A DNA stretch of 62,413 nt from Bacteroidales bacterium (lineage in GTDB: Bacteria; Bacteroidota; Bacteroidia; Bacteroidales; JAUNSR01). The position numbers and the translations under genes were made by a program. The stretch spans positions 1-62,413 of the forward strand of contig JAVVPN010000006.1 of assembly GCA_036655755.1 (NCBI GenBank), written 5' to 3'. The stretch's first letter is position 1, and each line of letters begins with the position of its first letter. This document shows, piece after piece, positions 37,499 to 48,526 of the stretch. Under the pieces are notes generated by a model. It made no database searches and was not told the origin of the DNA. It saw only the letters and a list, made by a program, of their open reading frames with translations.

Positions 37499-40054
37499 TC
37501 AAAACCAACGTACGTACGCGAAATCCTGACGATGTGGAAGATCCGGATTTTTAGGATACATGCGGAATGCGTATTTAAACATACCGGCATTCATCAACGT
37601 ATAGTCTAGTTCATAATAGGATACCGAACCTTCGGTACGCACCATTTTCATCTCTTCTACATTAAACAGATCGGCTTTACCCTCTTTCATGTTGGTAACT
37701 ACAAATTCAATACCCACACAATTAGGCATATCTTTGCGGTCGATTGCTACCCGAATAGTATACTGTTCTCCTACATGAGGGTTCACCAATAATCCTTCCG
37801 GAATATTAACAGACAAAACATCTATTTCATTCCATTTTGAAGCAACATCTTCTTTCCATGCAGCAAGTTCTTTTGCCTTTTCAAAATTATTAGCCATTAA
37901 TAATTTCGAGCGTTTTCCCTCTTTATTATAGAATCGATCATAATAATCATTCAACATTCGCTTCATTGTAAAGCGTGGGGCTATTTTTGCAATCGAATGT
38001 TTGATATACTGTATCCATTCGGGCGAATATCCCTTACTGTTTTTAGCAAAATAAAGCGGAACGATCTGGTTCTCAAAGATAGAGTAAATCGTTTCAGCGT
38101 CTAACTGATCCTGATGCGACTGATCCTGATAAGTCCGCTTATCAGTCAAAGCCCAACCTGCACCTTCTACATATCCTTCGTACCACCAACCGTCGAGCAC
38201 AGAAAAGTTTAGAACACCATTCATTTCGGCTTTCTCGCCCGATGTTCCCGAAGCCTCCAACGGACGTGTAGGTGTATTCATCCAAACATCAACACCTGAA
38301 ACAAGTCTTTTGGCAACCTGCATATCATAATTCTCAACAAAGATAATTTTGCCCAGAAATTCAGGTCGTCGTGAAATTTCAACAATATGGCGAATCAATT
38401 CCTGACCACCGCCATCTGCCGGATGCGCTTTACCTGAAAAGATAAACTGTATCGGACGATCCGGATTATTCACAAGTTTAGCCAAACGATCTAAGTCAGT
38501 AAACAGCAAATGAGCACGTTTATAAGTAGCGAAACGACGGGCGAAACCTACCAATAGCGCATTCGGATTCACTTTATCGATTGTTTGAAGAATTTTCGAC
38601 GGATTTTCCTGTTTTTGGCTCAGCTTATCTTTAATTTCACTACGAATATAGTTTACAAGTTTGTTTTTCAACTCACGACGTATTTCCCAGATTTGCTCAT
38701 CTTCTACATCATAAATCGCACTCCACATTTTTTCGTTGTCCTGATTCTTAACATAATTAGCGCCAAAAATCTTTTCATATTCGTCTTTCCATTCAGAAGC
38801 AGCCCAGGTTGGCATGTGTACACCATTTGTTACATAACCCACATGCAACTCATCGGCAGCATATCCTTTCCAGATTGGCTGGAACATATGTTGCGAAACT
38901 TTTCCGTGCAACCAGCTTACCCCATTCACTTCCTGACAGGTATTGCAAGCAAACACACTCATCGAAAACTTCTCGTGCGAATCCGGATTTTCACGTCCGA
39001 GATTCATCAGATCCTGCCATGAGATACCTAATTTCTCAGGGAATTGCCCCATATATTTGCCAAACAACGATTCGTCAAAACTATCGTGCCCCGCTGGTAC
39101 AGGAGTATGTACCGTATACAAAGAAGACGCACGCACTACTTCAAGAGCCTGATCAAATGTCAGCTTATCTTTCTGAATATAATTCGCCAGACGTTGCGCA
39201 TTAATTAAAGCCGCATGTCCTTCATTACAATGATAAATATCTTTTTTAATACCCAGTTTATCCAATAACAGGATACCACCGATTCCTAACAGATACTCCT
39301 GTTTCATACGGTTTTCCCAATCACCGCCATAAAGCTGGAAGGTAATTGAACGGTCGTATTCACTGTTTTGCTCTACATCCGTATCCATCAGATAAAGCGG
39401 AATACGTCCCACATTTACACGCCATACGTTTGAATAAACAATACGATCATGAAACGGAACTTCCAGTAACACCGGACGTCCACTTTCATCCATTACCTGA
39501 TCAATGGGTAAATGGTTGAAATTCTGAGCCTCATAATTCGCCTCTTGATTTCCGTCGATTGACAAAGTTTGCGTAAAGTATCCATAGCGATAAAGAAATC
39601 CCACCGCCGTCATACGAACATTCGAGTCGCTCGCTTCTTTCAAATAGTCGCCAGCCAATACGCCTAACCCTCCCGAATAGATTTTCAAGCAATTCGCCAA
39701 GCCATATTCCATAGAAAAATAGGCAATTGAAGGGCGCTCCTGATCGGGGGTTTCATTTTTATATTCATGATAATCGCGACAAACTTTTTCAACTTTTCGC
39801 ATCATGTTCTGATCGCGTACGATCTCTTCCATGCGCTCATAGCTAATCATTTCAAGCATCATCACCGGATTACCTCCACTCTTTTTCCATTTTACCGGAT
39901 CAATTTCAGAAAATAACTCAGTTGCTTCAGAATTCCATACCCACCAAAGGTTACGTGCTAACTCTTCAAGACACGATAATTCGGCCGGTAATTTTGATTT
40001 TACAGTAATATCTCTCCAGATGGGTGTATTTGTATTACTTACCTGAACTTTCAT
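37499..40054 (-). CDS. glgP: Alpha-glucan (glycogen) phosphorylase, GT35
   Basis: [31 protein letters not shown] and [10 protein letters not shown] (PLP Lys). Confidence 0.95.
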   Translation of the reverse strand: MKVQVSNTNTPIWRDITVKSKLPAELSCLEELARNLWWVWNSEATELFSEIDPVKWKKSGGNPVMMLEMISYERMEEIVRDQNMMRKVEKVCRDYHEYKNETPDQERPSIAYFSMEYGLANCLKIYSGGLGVLAGDYLKEASDSNVRMTAVGFLYRYGYFTQTLSIDGNQEANYEAQNFNHLPIDQVMDESGRPVLLEVPFHDRIVYSNVWRVNVGRIPLYLMDTDVEQNSEYDRSITFQLYGGDWENRMKQEYLLGIGGILLLDKLGIKKDIYHCNEGHAALINAQRLANYIQKDKLTFDQALEVVRASSLYTVHTPVPAGHDSFDESLFGKYMGQFPEKLGISWQDLMNLGRENPDSHEKFSMSVFACNTCQEVNGVSWLHGKVSQHMFQPIWKGYAADELHVGYVTNGVHMPTWAASEWKDEYEKIFGANYVKNQDNEKMWSAIYDVEDEQIWEIRRELKNKLVNYIRSEIKDKLSQKQENPSKILQTIDKVNPNALLVGFARRFATYKRAHLLFTDLDRLAKLVNNPDRPIQFIFSGKAHPADGGGQELIRHIVEISRRPEFLGKIIFVENYDMQVAKRLVSGVDVWMNTPTRPLEASGTSGEKAEMNGVLNFSVLDGWWYEGYVEGAGWALTDKRTYQDQSHQDQLDAETIYSIFENQIVPLYFAKNSKGYSPEWIQYIKHSIAKIAPRFTMKRMLNDYYDRFYNKEGKRSKLLMANNFEKAKELAAWKEDVASKWNEIDVLSVNIPEGLLVNPHVGEQYTIRVAIDRKDMPNCVGIEFVVTNMKEGKADLFNVEEMKMVRTEGSVSYYELDYTLMNAGMFKYAFRMYPKNPDLPHRQDFAYVRWF

Positions 40055-40075
40055 AGTGATATATTTAGTATTGGA

Positions 40076-41734
40076 TTAAACATTTTTTTCTTCTTCCCGT
40101 TTTCGGGCAGTTCTTATTGCCTGATCATAGGCAGTTTCATAATAGCTGATAAAATTTTTCCATTCGGCATGAGAAGCCAATTCACGGGCGTGCGCTCTGA
40201 TTTTCAACATCTCGCCCGGAGGCATATAAGTTAATTCATGAAGAGTCGTAGCAATCCCTTTCACCACCTGATCACTGTTCGAATCAGTACGATGAATCAC
40301 CTTCACTCCCGATAAAATACTATTGCCGACTCCTTCCGATTCACACCATTTACCAAACCCTGACAAATCAGTTGTAACGGTTGGCACACCAAAGGCAATA
40401 CTTTCGAGTGGCGTATATCCCCATGGCTCGTAATAAGATGGAAAAACGGTAGCATCCATTCCGATTAATAGATCATAATAGGTCATATTCAGAATACCGT
40501 CATCCCCCTTCAAATAAGAAGGGACATAAACCACCTTTACTTTATCGGACGCATCATTTCGGAAACGTAACTCATGCAATCGATTCAATATTTGGTCATT
40601 CTGTGGATTATGAAGCGTATGCGTGATGATTGGGTCCGATAACGGATGCTGTATATAAGAAAGAGTGGATAATTGATGTTGCAGATCATGACGAGGCTCT
40701 GCTACCCATGCCGGAACAAGAATAAAAACAATTACTTCTTTATGGAGTTGTTCATGACGAAGTTGATCGAGCGCATTAATAAAGACATCGAGGCCTTTAT
40801 TCTTAAACTCGTAACGGCCGGCCGTTGCAACCAGAAATGCATCCTGGGTTGCGGTATAACCCACTAGTTTTTCCGTAAGATTCAATAAAGCGGCACGTGC
40901 TCTTTCTTGCAAAAGTGAATATCGTTCTTTTACCGGAACGAAATCTTCTTCGAAGCCATTCGGAGTAACCAATGGCATTCGTTCAAGCAATTGGTTGCTT
41001 TCGCGAGCGGTTATATCGCTTACCGTCGTAAAAGCATCCGCCTGATGAGCAGCTTGTTTTTCAATGGAATGTTTCGATTCCATGTTCAGTTCTTTTGCCA
41101 TTTGATCGCCAAAGTAGCCTTCCAGATAATCATATAGCGGTTTATTATTGCCGGCTATTGAACGACCGATTGATGTGGCATGCGTTGTAAAGACCGTCGC
41201 GATGTCCGGTTCGAATTTTTTAAGGAAAAGCAGTCCCATACCGGTTGTCCATTCATTAAACTGCGCAACCACCTTCTTATTCTTGCCTTCCCAGAAATGA
41301 TACAAACTCTGAGCCACCAAAGCCGCGCTGTATGCAAACATCGAAGCTTCATCGTAATCGCCATATGCATGTAGAGAATCTACACCATACCAATTCCACA
41401 TATTGGTATATACCTGATCTTTATGTGCATAATAAAGTTCGAAATCCACCAGGACAACCATCGGTTTACCGGGGATATTCCAATATCCTGTACGCACCTT
41501 CAATCCCTCCAGAAGAGCTTTCACCCGCCATTCGGGCAAGACATCAGCCGATTCTACAAATGTGGGATTTGGTGTATCTTTCCAGATATCCGGTCCTATA
41601 AAAACCAGATGATCACCAAACAATTCCTTTAAGGTTCTGGCTTTTGTTGATAAAACGGTATATATTCCTCCCACCAGATTACATACCTCCCAACTCACCT
41701 CTATCAAGTAATCGGGTTTCTCTAATTCATTCAT
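40076..41734 (-). CDS. Glycogen synthase, GT3 family
   Basis: EVSWEVCNLVGGIYTVL, FTTHAT, GRYEFKNKG and FPSYYEPWGYTPLE. TAAATTTG box at 41834-41841. Confidence 0.92.
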   Translation of the reverse strand: MNELEKPDYLIEVSWEVCNLVGGIYTVLSTKARTLKELFGDHLVFIGPDIWKDTPNPTFVESADVLPEWRVKALLEGLKVRTGYWNIPGKPMVVLVDFELYYAHKDQVYTNMWNWYGVDSLHAYGDYDEASMFAYSAALVAQSLYHFWEGKNKKVVAQFNEWTTGMGLLFLKKFEPDIATVFTTHATSIGRSIAGNNKPLYDYLEGYFGDQMAKELNMESKHSIEKQAAHQADAFTTVSDITARESNQLLERMPLVTPNGFEEDFVPVKERYSLLQERARAALLNLTEKLVGYTATQDAFLVATAGRYEFKNKGLDVFINALDQLRHEQLHKEVIVFILVPAWVAEPRHDLQHQLSTLSYIQHPLSDPIITHTLHNPQNDQILNRLHELRFRNDASDKVKVVYVPSYLKGDDGILNMTYYDLLIGMDATVFPSYYEPWGYTPLESIAFGVPTVTTDLSGFGKWCESEGVGNSILSGVKVIHRTDSNSDQVVKGIATTLHELTYMPPGEMLKIRAHARELASHAEWKNFISYYETAYDQAIRTARKREEEKNV

Positions 41735-41977
41735 AAGTTACTGTTTTAGAGAGAATCTGTTTCGACCTCTCGATTAACAGAAATCATCCCGGCTGCGGGA
41801 AGAGATCCGAAATTCAACACTGGGTTAAAGTCGCAAATTTAAAATAATTTACTTTAATTCAACCTTATGCCTGATTTATTTTAAGAAATGCTTCCTCAAA
41901 CGTTATAGAAAAGGCCTAGAGATGAAAAAGGAATATCCTAACAACCTATAAGTCAACGATATCCCTTTACTCTTCAT

Positions 41978-42190
41978 TCAGCTTTTCTGCTCAATCCGCT
42001 TTTTCAACTCATCATACTCTTCCTGAGTAATATCGCCCGTGGCTAATCGGTCTTTTAAGATTTGTAGCGCGTCTCTTTCTGCCGGATCCCAACCAGTTTT
42101 GTCAATCCGGTTTTTCGGACCATGCTTCTTGAGATAAATCAACAGACCTATTACTACTAATCCAAATAAGATAAAAAACAGCATTCCCAT
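41978..42190 (-). CDS. SHOCT-domain small membrane protein
   Basis: N-terminal TM helix; ALQILKDRLATGDITQEEYDELKKRI. Confidence 0.88.
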   Translation of the reverse strand: MGMLFFILFGLVVIGLLIYLKKHGPKNRIDKTGWDPAERDALQILKDRLATGDITQEEYDELKKRIEQKS

Positions 42191-42253
42191 ATCCGAAACA
42201 GATCTATTAGTTAATAAAAAGAAGTAAACTTACCTCCTTCTTCTGCTAGAAAT

Positions 42254-42278
42254 AACAAGCTACGACTCTTTAAAGTTC
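42254..42278 (-). promoter_or_regulatory. Putative ECF-type promoter GAAC-N17-TGTT
   Basis: Minus strand GAACtttaaagagtcgtagctTGTT. Confidence 0.55.
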
Positions 42279-42361
42279 ATCTGCGGTTAAGTCGTATATC
42301 TTACAAAAAATTTATTATATTTGTGTGTTGGATTTTACTATGAACTTAAAACTTATCAGTT

Positions 42362-42643
42362 ATGGCATCCATTAAATTTTTAAAGAAAGGGATATCTTCA
42401 ATGGCTAACGAATTGGCTATGGCATGTTTGTTATCAAAGGCAGAGCTTTCAGATACCGACGTACAAAAAGTAAATACGATTTTGGCTGAAATCTACAATT
42501 TTGAAGATACATACCGCATAAAAGCTCATTTGTATGCTCATGATAAAAACCGGAAAGAGATCCGCAAATATTATGACTCGCTGTATGATGAAATACAACA
42601 ACAGGCACAGGCGATTGTTGATCAAATCAAAACGTTGAACTAA
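42362..42643 (+). CDS. Small helical hypothetical protein
   Basis: 93 aa, starts MASIKFLKK; own TATATTTG box (42316-42323) and a downstream hairpin. Confidence 0.8.
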   Translation: MASIKFLKKGISSMANELAMACLLSKAELSDTDVQKVNTILAEIYNFEDTYRIKAHLYAHDKNRKEIRKYYDSLYDEIQQQAQAIVDQIKTLN

Positions 42644-42667
42644 TCATCTGCTTTTTATTTTTCATAG

Positions 42668-42718
42668 ATGTCATCCCAAACGCAGGGAATTATTCGCTCC
42701 GTTTAGGATGACATTTTT
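42668..42718 (+). terminator. Probable terminator
   Basis: ATGTCATCC-AAACG / CGTTT-GGATGACAT stem, then a T run. Confidence 0.65.
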
Positions 42719-42740
42719 AATTTACTTTTATCTCCTTCTT

Positions 42741-43301
42741 ATGCAACTGAAACAAAAAATCAGTAAATGGATTCTACACCTTTTCAACTGGAAAGTGATT
42801 GTAACCGTACCCAAACTTGACAAATCGGTAATTTGCGTTGCACCCCATACCAGTAACTGGGATTTTATTATCGGCAAACTAGGTTATACATCCGTAGGAA
42901 TGACTGCCCATTTCCTAATTAAAAAAGAATGGTTCTTCTTTCCTTTCAACCTGATATTCAAAACAATGGGAGGTATACCTGTTGAACGGAGCAGAAAAAC
43001 CAGACTTGTAGACCAGGTTGTGAATATGTTTAATCATTATCCGGTTTTCAATGTAGCAATCACCCCCGAAGGTACGCGCAAACGCAATGACCATTGGAAA
43101 AAAGGATTTTATCATATCGCATTGAAGGCAGGAGTACCTATTCAGCTCGCATATCTTGATTTTAGCCGTAAAGTAATGAGTATCGAAAAAATATTTATTC
43201 CTACCGGCGACGAAAAAGCAGACTTCGCTGTCATCAACGACTATTATAAAGATGTAAAAGGGCGTCATCCGGAGCAATTTGCTCTTCATAAGATCTCTTA
43301 A
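42741..43301 (+). CDS. 1-acyl-sn-glycerol-3-phosphate acyltransferase family protein
   Basis: APHTSNWD (HX4D), GGIPVER, TPEGTRK and KGFYHIA. Confidence 0.92.
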   Translation: MQLKQKISKWILHLFNWKVIVTVPKLDKSVICVAPHTSNWDFIIGKLGYTSVGMTAHFLIKKEWFFFPFNLIFKTMGGIPVERSRKTRLVDQVVNMFNHYPVFNVAITPEGTRKRNDHWKKGFYHIALKAGVPIQLAYLDFSRKVMSIEKIFIPTGDEKADFAVINDYYKDVKGRHPEQFALHKIS

Positions 43302-43311
43302 TCTTATCTTT

Positions 43312-44094
43312 ATGCAACAATTTACATTAGGTTTGATTCAAACCGATATTTTATGGGAGGATATATCCGGCAATTTAGCCCGGTTATATCCTCGTATTGT
43401 TTCTGCACAAGGGGTTTGCGATCTGATTATTTTTCCGGAGATGTTTACTACCGGTTTTTCAATGCACTCTGCCACGCTTGCGGAGCCTGTAGATGGCTTT
43501 ACCATCTCTACGCTTCAAGCCTGGGCCGACCAGACCGGTATCGCATTTTGCGGTAGTTTTATTTGCCGGGACGGCGATAAAACCTACAATCGCGCATTTT
43601 TTATCACTCCCATGCAACGTTTCTTCTACGATAAACATCATCTATTTAGGATGGGCAGCGAGCCGCTTCATTTCGATGCCGGCAAAGACGCATGCATCGT
43701 CTCTTATAAAGGATGGAATATTTCACTTCAGGTTTGCTATGACCTGCGCTTCCCCGTATGGTGCCGAAACGTAAACAACAACTATGATTTACAAATATTC
43801 GTAGCTAGCTGGCCCGCATCCCGACAATCAGCGTGGGATATCTTACTGCGAGCAAGAGCTATTGAAAATGAGGCTTACGTAGCAGGAGTAAACCGTGTAG
43901 GCTCGGATGGAAACGGAATCGAATACCGGGGCGGATCGGTCGTGGCTGATATGAAAGGTGAAATTATTGCGCAAGCAACGCCTGGCGAAGAAGGGATCAT
44001 CGTATGTACACTTCGTAAAGATTTGCTGAATAAATTCCGCGAAAAATTTCCGGCATGGCAGGATGCTGATTCCTTTGAGATTAAGCAAGTTTAA
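43312..44094 (+). CDS. Carbon-nitrogen hydrolase, omega-amidase YafV/Nit2-like
   Basis: FPEMFTTGF, YDKHHLF and VCYDLRFPVW (E-K-C triad); ARAIEN. Confidence 0.92.
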   Translation: MQQFTLGLIQTDILWEDISGNLARLYPRIVSAQGVCDLIIFPEMFTTGFSMHSATLAEPVDGFTISTLQAWADQTGIAFCGSFICRDGDKTYNRAFFITPMQRFFYDKHHLFRMGSEPLHFDAGKDACIVSYKGWNISLQVCYDLRFPVWCRNVNNNYDLQIFVASWPASRQSAWDILLRARAIENEAYVAGVNRVGSDGNGIEYRGGSVVADMKGEIIAQATPGEEGIIVCTLRKDLLNKFREKFPAWQDADSFEIKQV

Positions 44095-44165
44095 AAACAA
44101 CCTGCTTATAAATTTGTTTTATTAAGAGAGATAACAATATTAATTCAAATCAAATATTTTTCCGT

Positions 44166-44702
44166 ATGAAAAAATTATTTTATTCCGTATTATTCATTGG
44201 TGCATTGGGATTTATGACCGCTTGCGGTGGTAATCAGAAGAAATCTGAAGAAACCAAAGCTGAGCAAATGGCAAAAGAGATTGAACAAGCTGATGCCGCT
44301 AATTTGATTGGGGACTGGAATTTACAAACATTAAACGGAGTAGCTGTTCCACAAACAGAAGAAACACCTTATCTCACATTCAACATCAATGACAAGCGAT
44401 TGGCCGGAATGACCGGATGCAATCGCGTAATGGGTGATATTATCCTTAGCGATACAGATGCAGCAGCGATTTCATTTGATAAAATGGGATCAACTAAAAT
44501 GATGTGTCATAACGACTCGCTCGAATCTGTCGTTTTATCTACTTTAGCGAAAGTGCGTTCATACGCAGCTATCACTTGTAAAAATGTAAATGCAAAAACA
44601 AGTTGTATTGCTTTTTACGATGAAAATAAAAATGAATTAATGACATTACAGCAAGAGCCACTGGTGAATACAGAGTTCGAAAAAACTCCTGCTGAAAATT
44701 GA
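44166..44702 (+). CDS. META-domain (HslJ-like) lipoprotein
   Basis: Lipobox MTAC; W.L..LNG, GMTGCN and STKMMC. Confidence 0.88.
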   Translation: MKKLFYSVLFIGALGFMTACGGNQKKSEETKAEQMAKEIEQADAANLIGDWNLQTLNGVAVPQTEETPYLTFNINDKRLAGMTGCNRVMGDIILSDTDAAAISFDKMGSTKMMCHNDSLESVVLSTLAKVRSYAAITCKNVNAKTSCIAFYDENKNELMTLQQEPLVNTEFEKTPAEN

Positions 44703-44720
44703 AATTGACTTGCAGTAAAT

Positions 44721-44760
44721 AAAAAAAGGAACTATTCGCAAACGAATAGTTCCTTTTTTT
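44721..44760. terminator. Bidirectional terminator
   Basis: AAAAAAAGGAACTATTCG / CGAATAGTTCCTTTTTTT. Confidence 0.92.
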
Positions 44761-44803
44761 TATATGCGCAGCTACATGATTGGCCAACAGCCATAGTGCC
44801 ATC

Positions 44804-44893
44804 ATCTCGTCACGGCCGAGGAGGGATCTCTTCGCGCGCGAGATGAGTTGTTTTCACGGGCGCGAAGGAAACCCTTCACGCCCGTGACGAGAT
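44804..44893. repeat. REP-like palindromic array: four 12-bp units at 22-bp period inside 12-bp terminal inverted repeats
   Basis: Units at 44810, 44832, 44854 and 44876 (consensus TCACGSSCGTGA). Ends ATCTCGTCACGG / CCGTGACGAGAT. Confidence 0.75.
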
Positions 44894-44930
44894 AAACCAA
44901 TCAGTATGCCTTTATCTGTTTACAGATAGT

Positions 44931-46070
44931 TTAAGACATACGAGCTTTGTAATCCTGATAGCTGAATTCGCGGAACAGATCCAGCGAATCATCCTGACGC
45001 CAAATAGCAAGCGACGGATGAGAAATCCCGTTAAACATATTGGTTTTCACCACTGTATAATGAATCATATCTTCAAAAACGATACGATCACCTATGTTTA
45101 GCTCTTTTTCAAACGACCATTCACCTACATAATCACCACTCAGGCAACTGTTTCCACCCATGCGATAGGTAGGAAGCGTAGGGTTTGGTTCTACCGCTCC
45201 ACGGATTGCAGGCTTATAAGGCATCTCAAGACAGTCTGGCATGTGGCATGCAAATGAAACATCCAGAATCGCCGTTTTAATGCCATGATTCTCTACAATA
45301 TCTACGATGGTAGAAACCAGCTCACCCGTCTGCCATGCGAAAGCACTACCCGGTTCAAGTATTAACTGAAGATTTGGATATTTCGCGTTAAAGGCTTTTA
45401 AAAGGGTAATCAGATGTTCTGTATCATACCCTTTACGCGTCATCAGATGACCGCCGCCCATGTTCAACCATTTCAACTGCGATAGGTATTTACCGAATTT
45501 ACGATCCACCTCATTGAGCGTTTTTTCAAGATCGAACGACGATGATTCGCACAATGTGTGAAAATGAAATCCTTCAAGACCCGCCGGCAATGTGTCAGGA
45601 AGCTGCGATGCCAATACGCCAAAGCGTGTACCGGGAGCACATGGATTGTAAAGTTCGGTTTCAACTTCCGAATATTCAGGGTTAATACGCAATCCACAAG
45701 AAATTCCGGTTCCGCTTTTAAGCGTTTCAGGATAAAAACGCTCAAACTGAGTCAATGAATTAAACGTGATATGGCTGCTATATTTCATAAAAATCGGGAA
45801 ATTCTCTTCCGTATAAGCGGGCGAAAAAGTATGCGCACGACTGCCCATCTCTTCAAAAGCCAATTGGGCTTCGAAAACCGAGCTTGCCGTTGAGTAAGGA
45901 ATATACTCGCGTATGATAGGAAATGCCTTCCACATAGCAAAAGCTTTAAAGGCAAGGATAATATCAGCCCCCGAGCGATCTTTTACATCTTTAATCAACT
46001 CAAGGTTTTTACGGAGCTTCTCTTCTTCCAGTACATAACATGGAGAAGGAATCTGATTGAAATCTATCAT
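44931..46070 (-). CDS. nspC: Carboxynorspermidine decarboxylase
   Basis: LAFKAF (PLP Lys), LRINPE, YNPC, HFHTLCE, GGGH, EPG, CLSGD and MIHYT. Confidence 0.94.
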   Translation of the reverse strand: MIDFNQIPSPCYVLEEEKLRKNLELIKDVKDRSGADIILAFKAFAMWKAFPIIREYIPYSTASSVFEAQLAFEEMGSRAHTFSPAYTEENFPIFMKYSSHITFNSLTQFERFYPETLKSGTGISCGLRINPEYSEVETELYNPCAPGTRFGVLASQLPDTLPAGLEGFHFHTLCESSSFDLEKTLNEVDRKFGKYLSQLKWLNMGGGHLMTRKGYDTEHLITLLKAFNAKYPNLQLILEPGSAFAWQTGELVSTIVDIVENHGIKTAILDVSFACHMPDCLEMPYKPAIRGAVEPNPTLPTYRMGGNSCLSGDYVGEWSFEKELNIGDRIVFEDMIHYTVVKTNMFNGISHPSLAIWRQDDSLDLFREFSYQDYKARMS

Positions 46071-46084
46071 TTCGTAATATAGTG

Positions 46085-48424
46085 TTATTGTAATATATCA
46101 AATTTAGCAAACTTCAGCAACAACTGCTTGGTACCGACATTATCAAAAGTCACGGTTGCCTTGGTATTATCACCGCTTCCTTCAACCTTTTCAACCGTAC
46201 CAATACCGAATCGGTCATGACGGATCACGTTTCCGGCTTTTACACCAGCCTCTTGCCCACTACCAAACGTTGAACTACCGGCAGGAGTTGAGGAAACAGG
46301 TGATAGACGCTTCCCTCCCGAAACAGGAGCTGCAGCCGGAGTTACCCGAGATGCTGTTTTGTGCGCCGGATTAGAAGTAGAATATGGGGTATTGCTCTGT
46401 GTGCGGTTTTCGGAGAATCGACGCGCTTGTTGTTGCGCCTCCTCGCCAATGCGATTACCGGCAGGCAACTTCAAATAACGCTGATCGATATCCTGTAGAA
46501 AACGGCTCGGCGTGCATGGTTGCTGTTGTCCATTGCGGAAACGCATCCCCGCATACGACAAGGCACAGTTTTCTTCTGCACGAGTAATGGCGACATAAAA
46601 CAAACGGCGCTCCTCTTCTAAGCCTCCGGGCGTTTCTTTTGCCATCATTGAAGGAAAGAGATCTTCTTCGAGCCCTACGATAAATACATTCCGAAATTCA
46701 AGTCCTTTTGAGGCGTGAATGGTCATCAATGTAATTTTATCGCTATCAGCCTCTTTATCGTTATCCTGATCGGTAGCCAACGATACTTCACCCAGAAAAT
46801 CGGTCAGCGAAAGCGCCTCGTTACCCTCTTCCTGGCGGCCACTGACAAATTCAAAAATACCACTCAAAAGTTCCTGCACATTTTGCTGACGTGTCATTCC
46901 CTCTACCGAATTGTCACTTGTAAGTTCTTTGGTCATTCCGGAAGCACGCACAATAAAATCGGCTATTTCGAATGCATTCTTCGATTGATTGGCTTCGGCA
47001 AACTCTTCTATCATCTGCCGAAACGCAGCCAGTTTATTGGCCGTTCCCGAATTCACGTCCAAACCGTAACCGATCGGATTGCGTAAAACTTCAAACAGAC
47101 TGACATCATTACGAGAGGCGGCCAGTCCGATTTTAGAAACCGTAGTATCCCCGATTCCACGTTTGGGATAATTAATGATGCGCTTGAAGGCTTCTTCATC
47201 GTCGGGATTTGTTGTCAATCGTAAATAAGCAATGACATCTTTTACCTCTTTACGCTGATAAAAAGACAATCCTCCGTAAATGCGATAAGGAATGCTTCGC
47301 TTGCGAAGAGCCTCTTCGAGGATACGCGACTGCGCATTAGTACGGTAAAGAATGGCAAAATCACTAAAATGATAGCTTTTGGCTACACGCATTTCAGAAA
47401 TTTTATTGGCAATCAGATATGCCTCTTCGAAATCGGAAAAAGAAGCATATAAAGGAATCTGCGCTCCTTCCTGATTTTCGGAGAAAATATTTTTTTCGAT
47501 CTGCTCCTTATTCTTCTTAATCAAACTGTCGGCCGCCTTCACAATGGTCTGCGTAGAACGGTAGTTTTGTTCGAGCTTGAATATCCGGGTACCGGGCAAA
47601 CTGTTGCGGAAATTAAGGATATTCGCAATGTTTGCTCCCCTGAAAGAATAAATACTTTGGGCGTCGTCGCCAACCACACATACCCTGTTGTGTTTTTTTG
47701 ACAATAGCTCTACAATCAGATGCTGCGCCTTATTGGTGTCTTGATACTCATCGACGAGGATAAACTGGAAAAAATCCTGATATTTTGCCAACACGTCGGG
47801 ATGATCGCGAAACAGAATATTGGTATATAATAACAGATCGTCAAAATCCATTGCTCCTGCATTTTTACACCGATACCAATAACGCATATAAATCTGCCCC
47901 AACAACGGACGTCCGGCCTGCGAGTCGTATTTCTGCAACTCACCATTGGCGACGTACATTTCGGGGGTGATCAGGTGGTTTTTAGCGTTGGAAATCTGCG
48001 ATTGGATTGCACCTGGTTTATACGTCTTATCATCCAGTTGCATCTCTTTGATAATCGTTTTAATCAGGTTCTTTGAATCGGCGCTGTCATAAATGGTAAA
48101 ATCAGATTTGAATCCCAGTAATGAAGCATTTGCACGCAAAATCCGTGAAAAAATAGAGTGAAAAGTACCCATCCACAACTGACGCGCAGTATTATGACCC
48201 ACAACTTTGGCGATACGCTCTTTCATTTCGCGCGCCGCTTTATTTGTAAAGGTCAGCGCCATAATTCCATACGGAGGCAACCCTTGTTCTAATAAATAAG
48301 CAATTTTATAGGTAAGTACCCTCGTTTTACCGGATCCCGCTCCGGCTATTATTAATGAGGGACCATCATTATAGAGCACAGCGTTACGCTGACTTTCATT
48401 TAATTCCTGCAAAAACTTTTCCAC
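46085..48424 (-). CDS. pcrA: UvrD/PcrA ATP-dependent DNA helicase
   Basis: GTG start. AGAGSGKT, TFTNKAA, VDEYQDTN, GDDAQSIYSFRGA, HASKGLEF and EERRLFYVAITRA; C-terminal Tudor-like domain. TATCTTTG box at 48470-48477. Confidence 0.95.
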   Translation of the reverse strand: MEKFLQELNESQRNAVLYNDGPSLIIAGAGSGKTRVLTYKIAYLLEQGLPPYGIMALTFTNKAAREMKERIAKVVGHNTARQLWMGTFHSIFSRILRANASLLGFKSDFTIYDSADSKNLIKTIIKEMQLDDKTYKPGAIQSQISNAKNHLITPEMYVANGELQKYDSQAGRPLLGQIYMRYWYRCKNAGAMDFDDLLLYTNILFRDHPDVLAKYQDFFQFILVDEYQDTNKAQHLIVELLSKKHNRVCVVGDDAQSIYSFRGANIANILNFRNSLPGTRIFKLEQNYRSTQTIVKAADSLIKKNKEQIEKNIFSENQEGAQIPLYASFSDFEEAYLIANKISEMRVAKSYHFSDFAILYRTNAQSRILEEALRKRSIPYRIYGGLSFYQRKEVKDVIAYLRLTTNPDDEEAFKRIINYPKRGIGDTTVSKIGLAASRNDVSLFEVLRNPIGYGLDVNSGTANKLAAFRQMIEEFAEANQSKNAFEIADFIVRASGMTKELTSDNSVEGMTRQQNVQELLSGIFEFVSGRQEEGNEALSLTDFLGEVSLATDQDNDKEADSDKITLMTIHASKGLEFRNVFIVGLEEDLFPSMMAKETPGGLEEERRLFYVAITRAEENCALSYAGMRFRNGQQQPCTPSRFLQDIDQRYLKLPAGNRIGEEAQQQARRFSENRTQSNTPYSTSNPAHKTASRVTPAAAPVSGGKRLSPVSSTPAGSSTFGSGQEAGVKAGNVIRHDRFGIGTVEKVEGSGDNTKATVTFDNVGTKQLLLKFAKFDILQ

Positions 48425-48501
48425 TATAGGCTATTTTTTTGAAAGAATGACATTTTAGGCATTCCCATACAAAGATAAAAAATTTTTTTTGAGGTTTCTC
48501 A

Positions 48502-48526
48502 GAACAAAACTGAGTCCTTCTGTGTT
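48502..48526 (+). promoter_or_regulatory. Putative ECF-type promoter GAAC-N17-TGTT
   Basis: GAACaaaactgagtccttctgTGTT, upstream of sodB. Confidence 0.55.

Noticed and set aside
44804-44893. CRISPR array
   Set aside because: Units are 12 bp with 10-bp spacers and degenerate; there are no cas genes.
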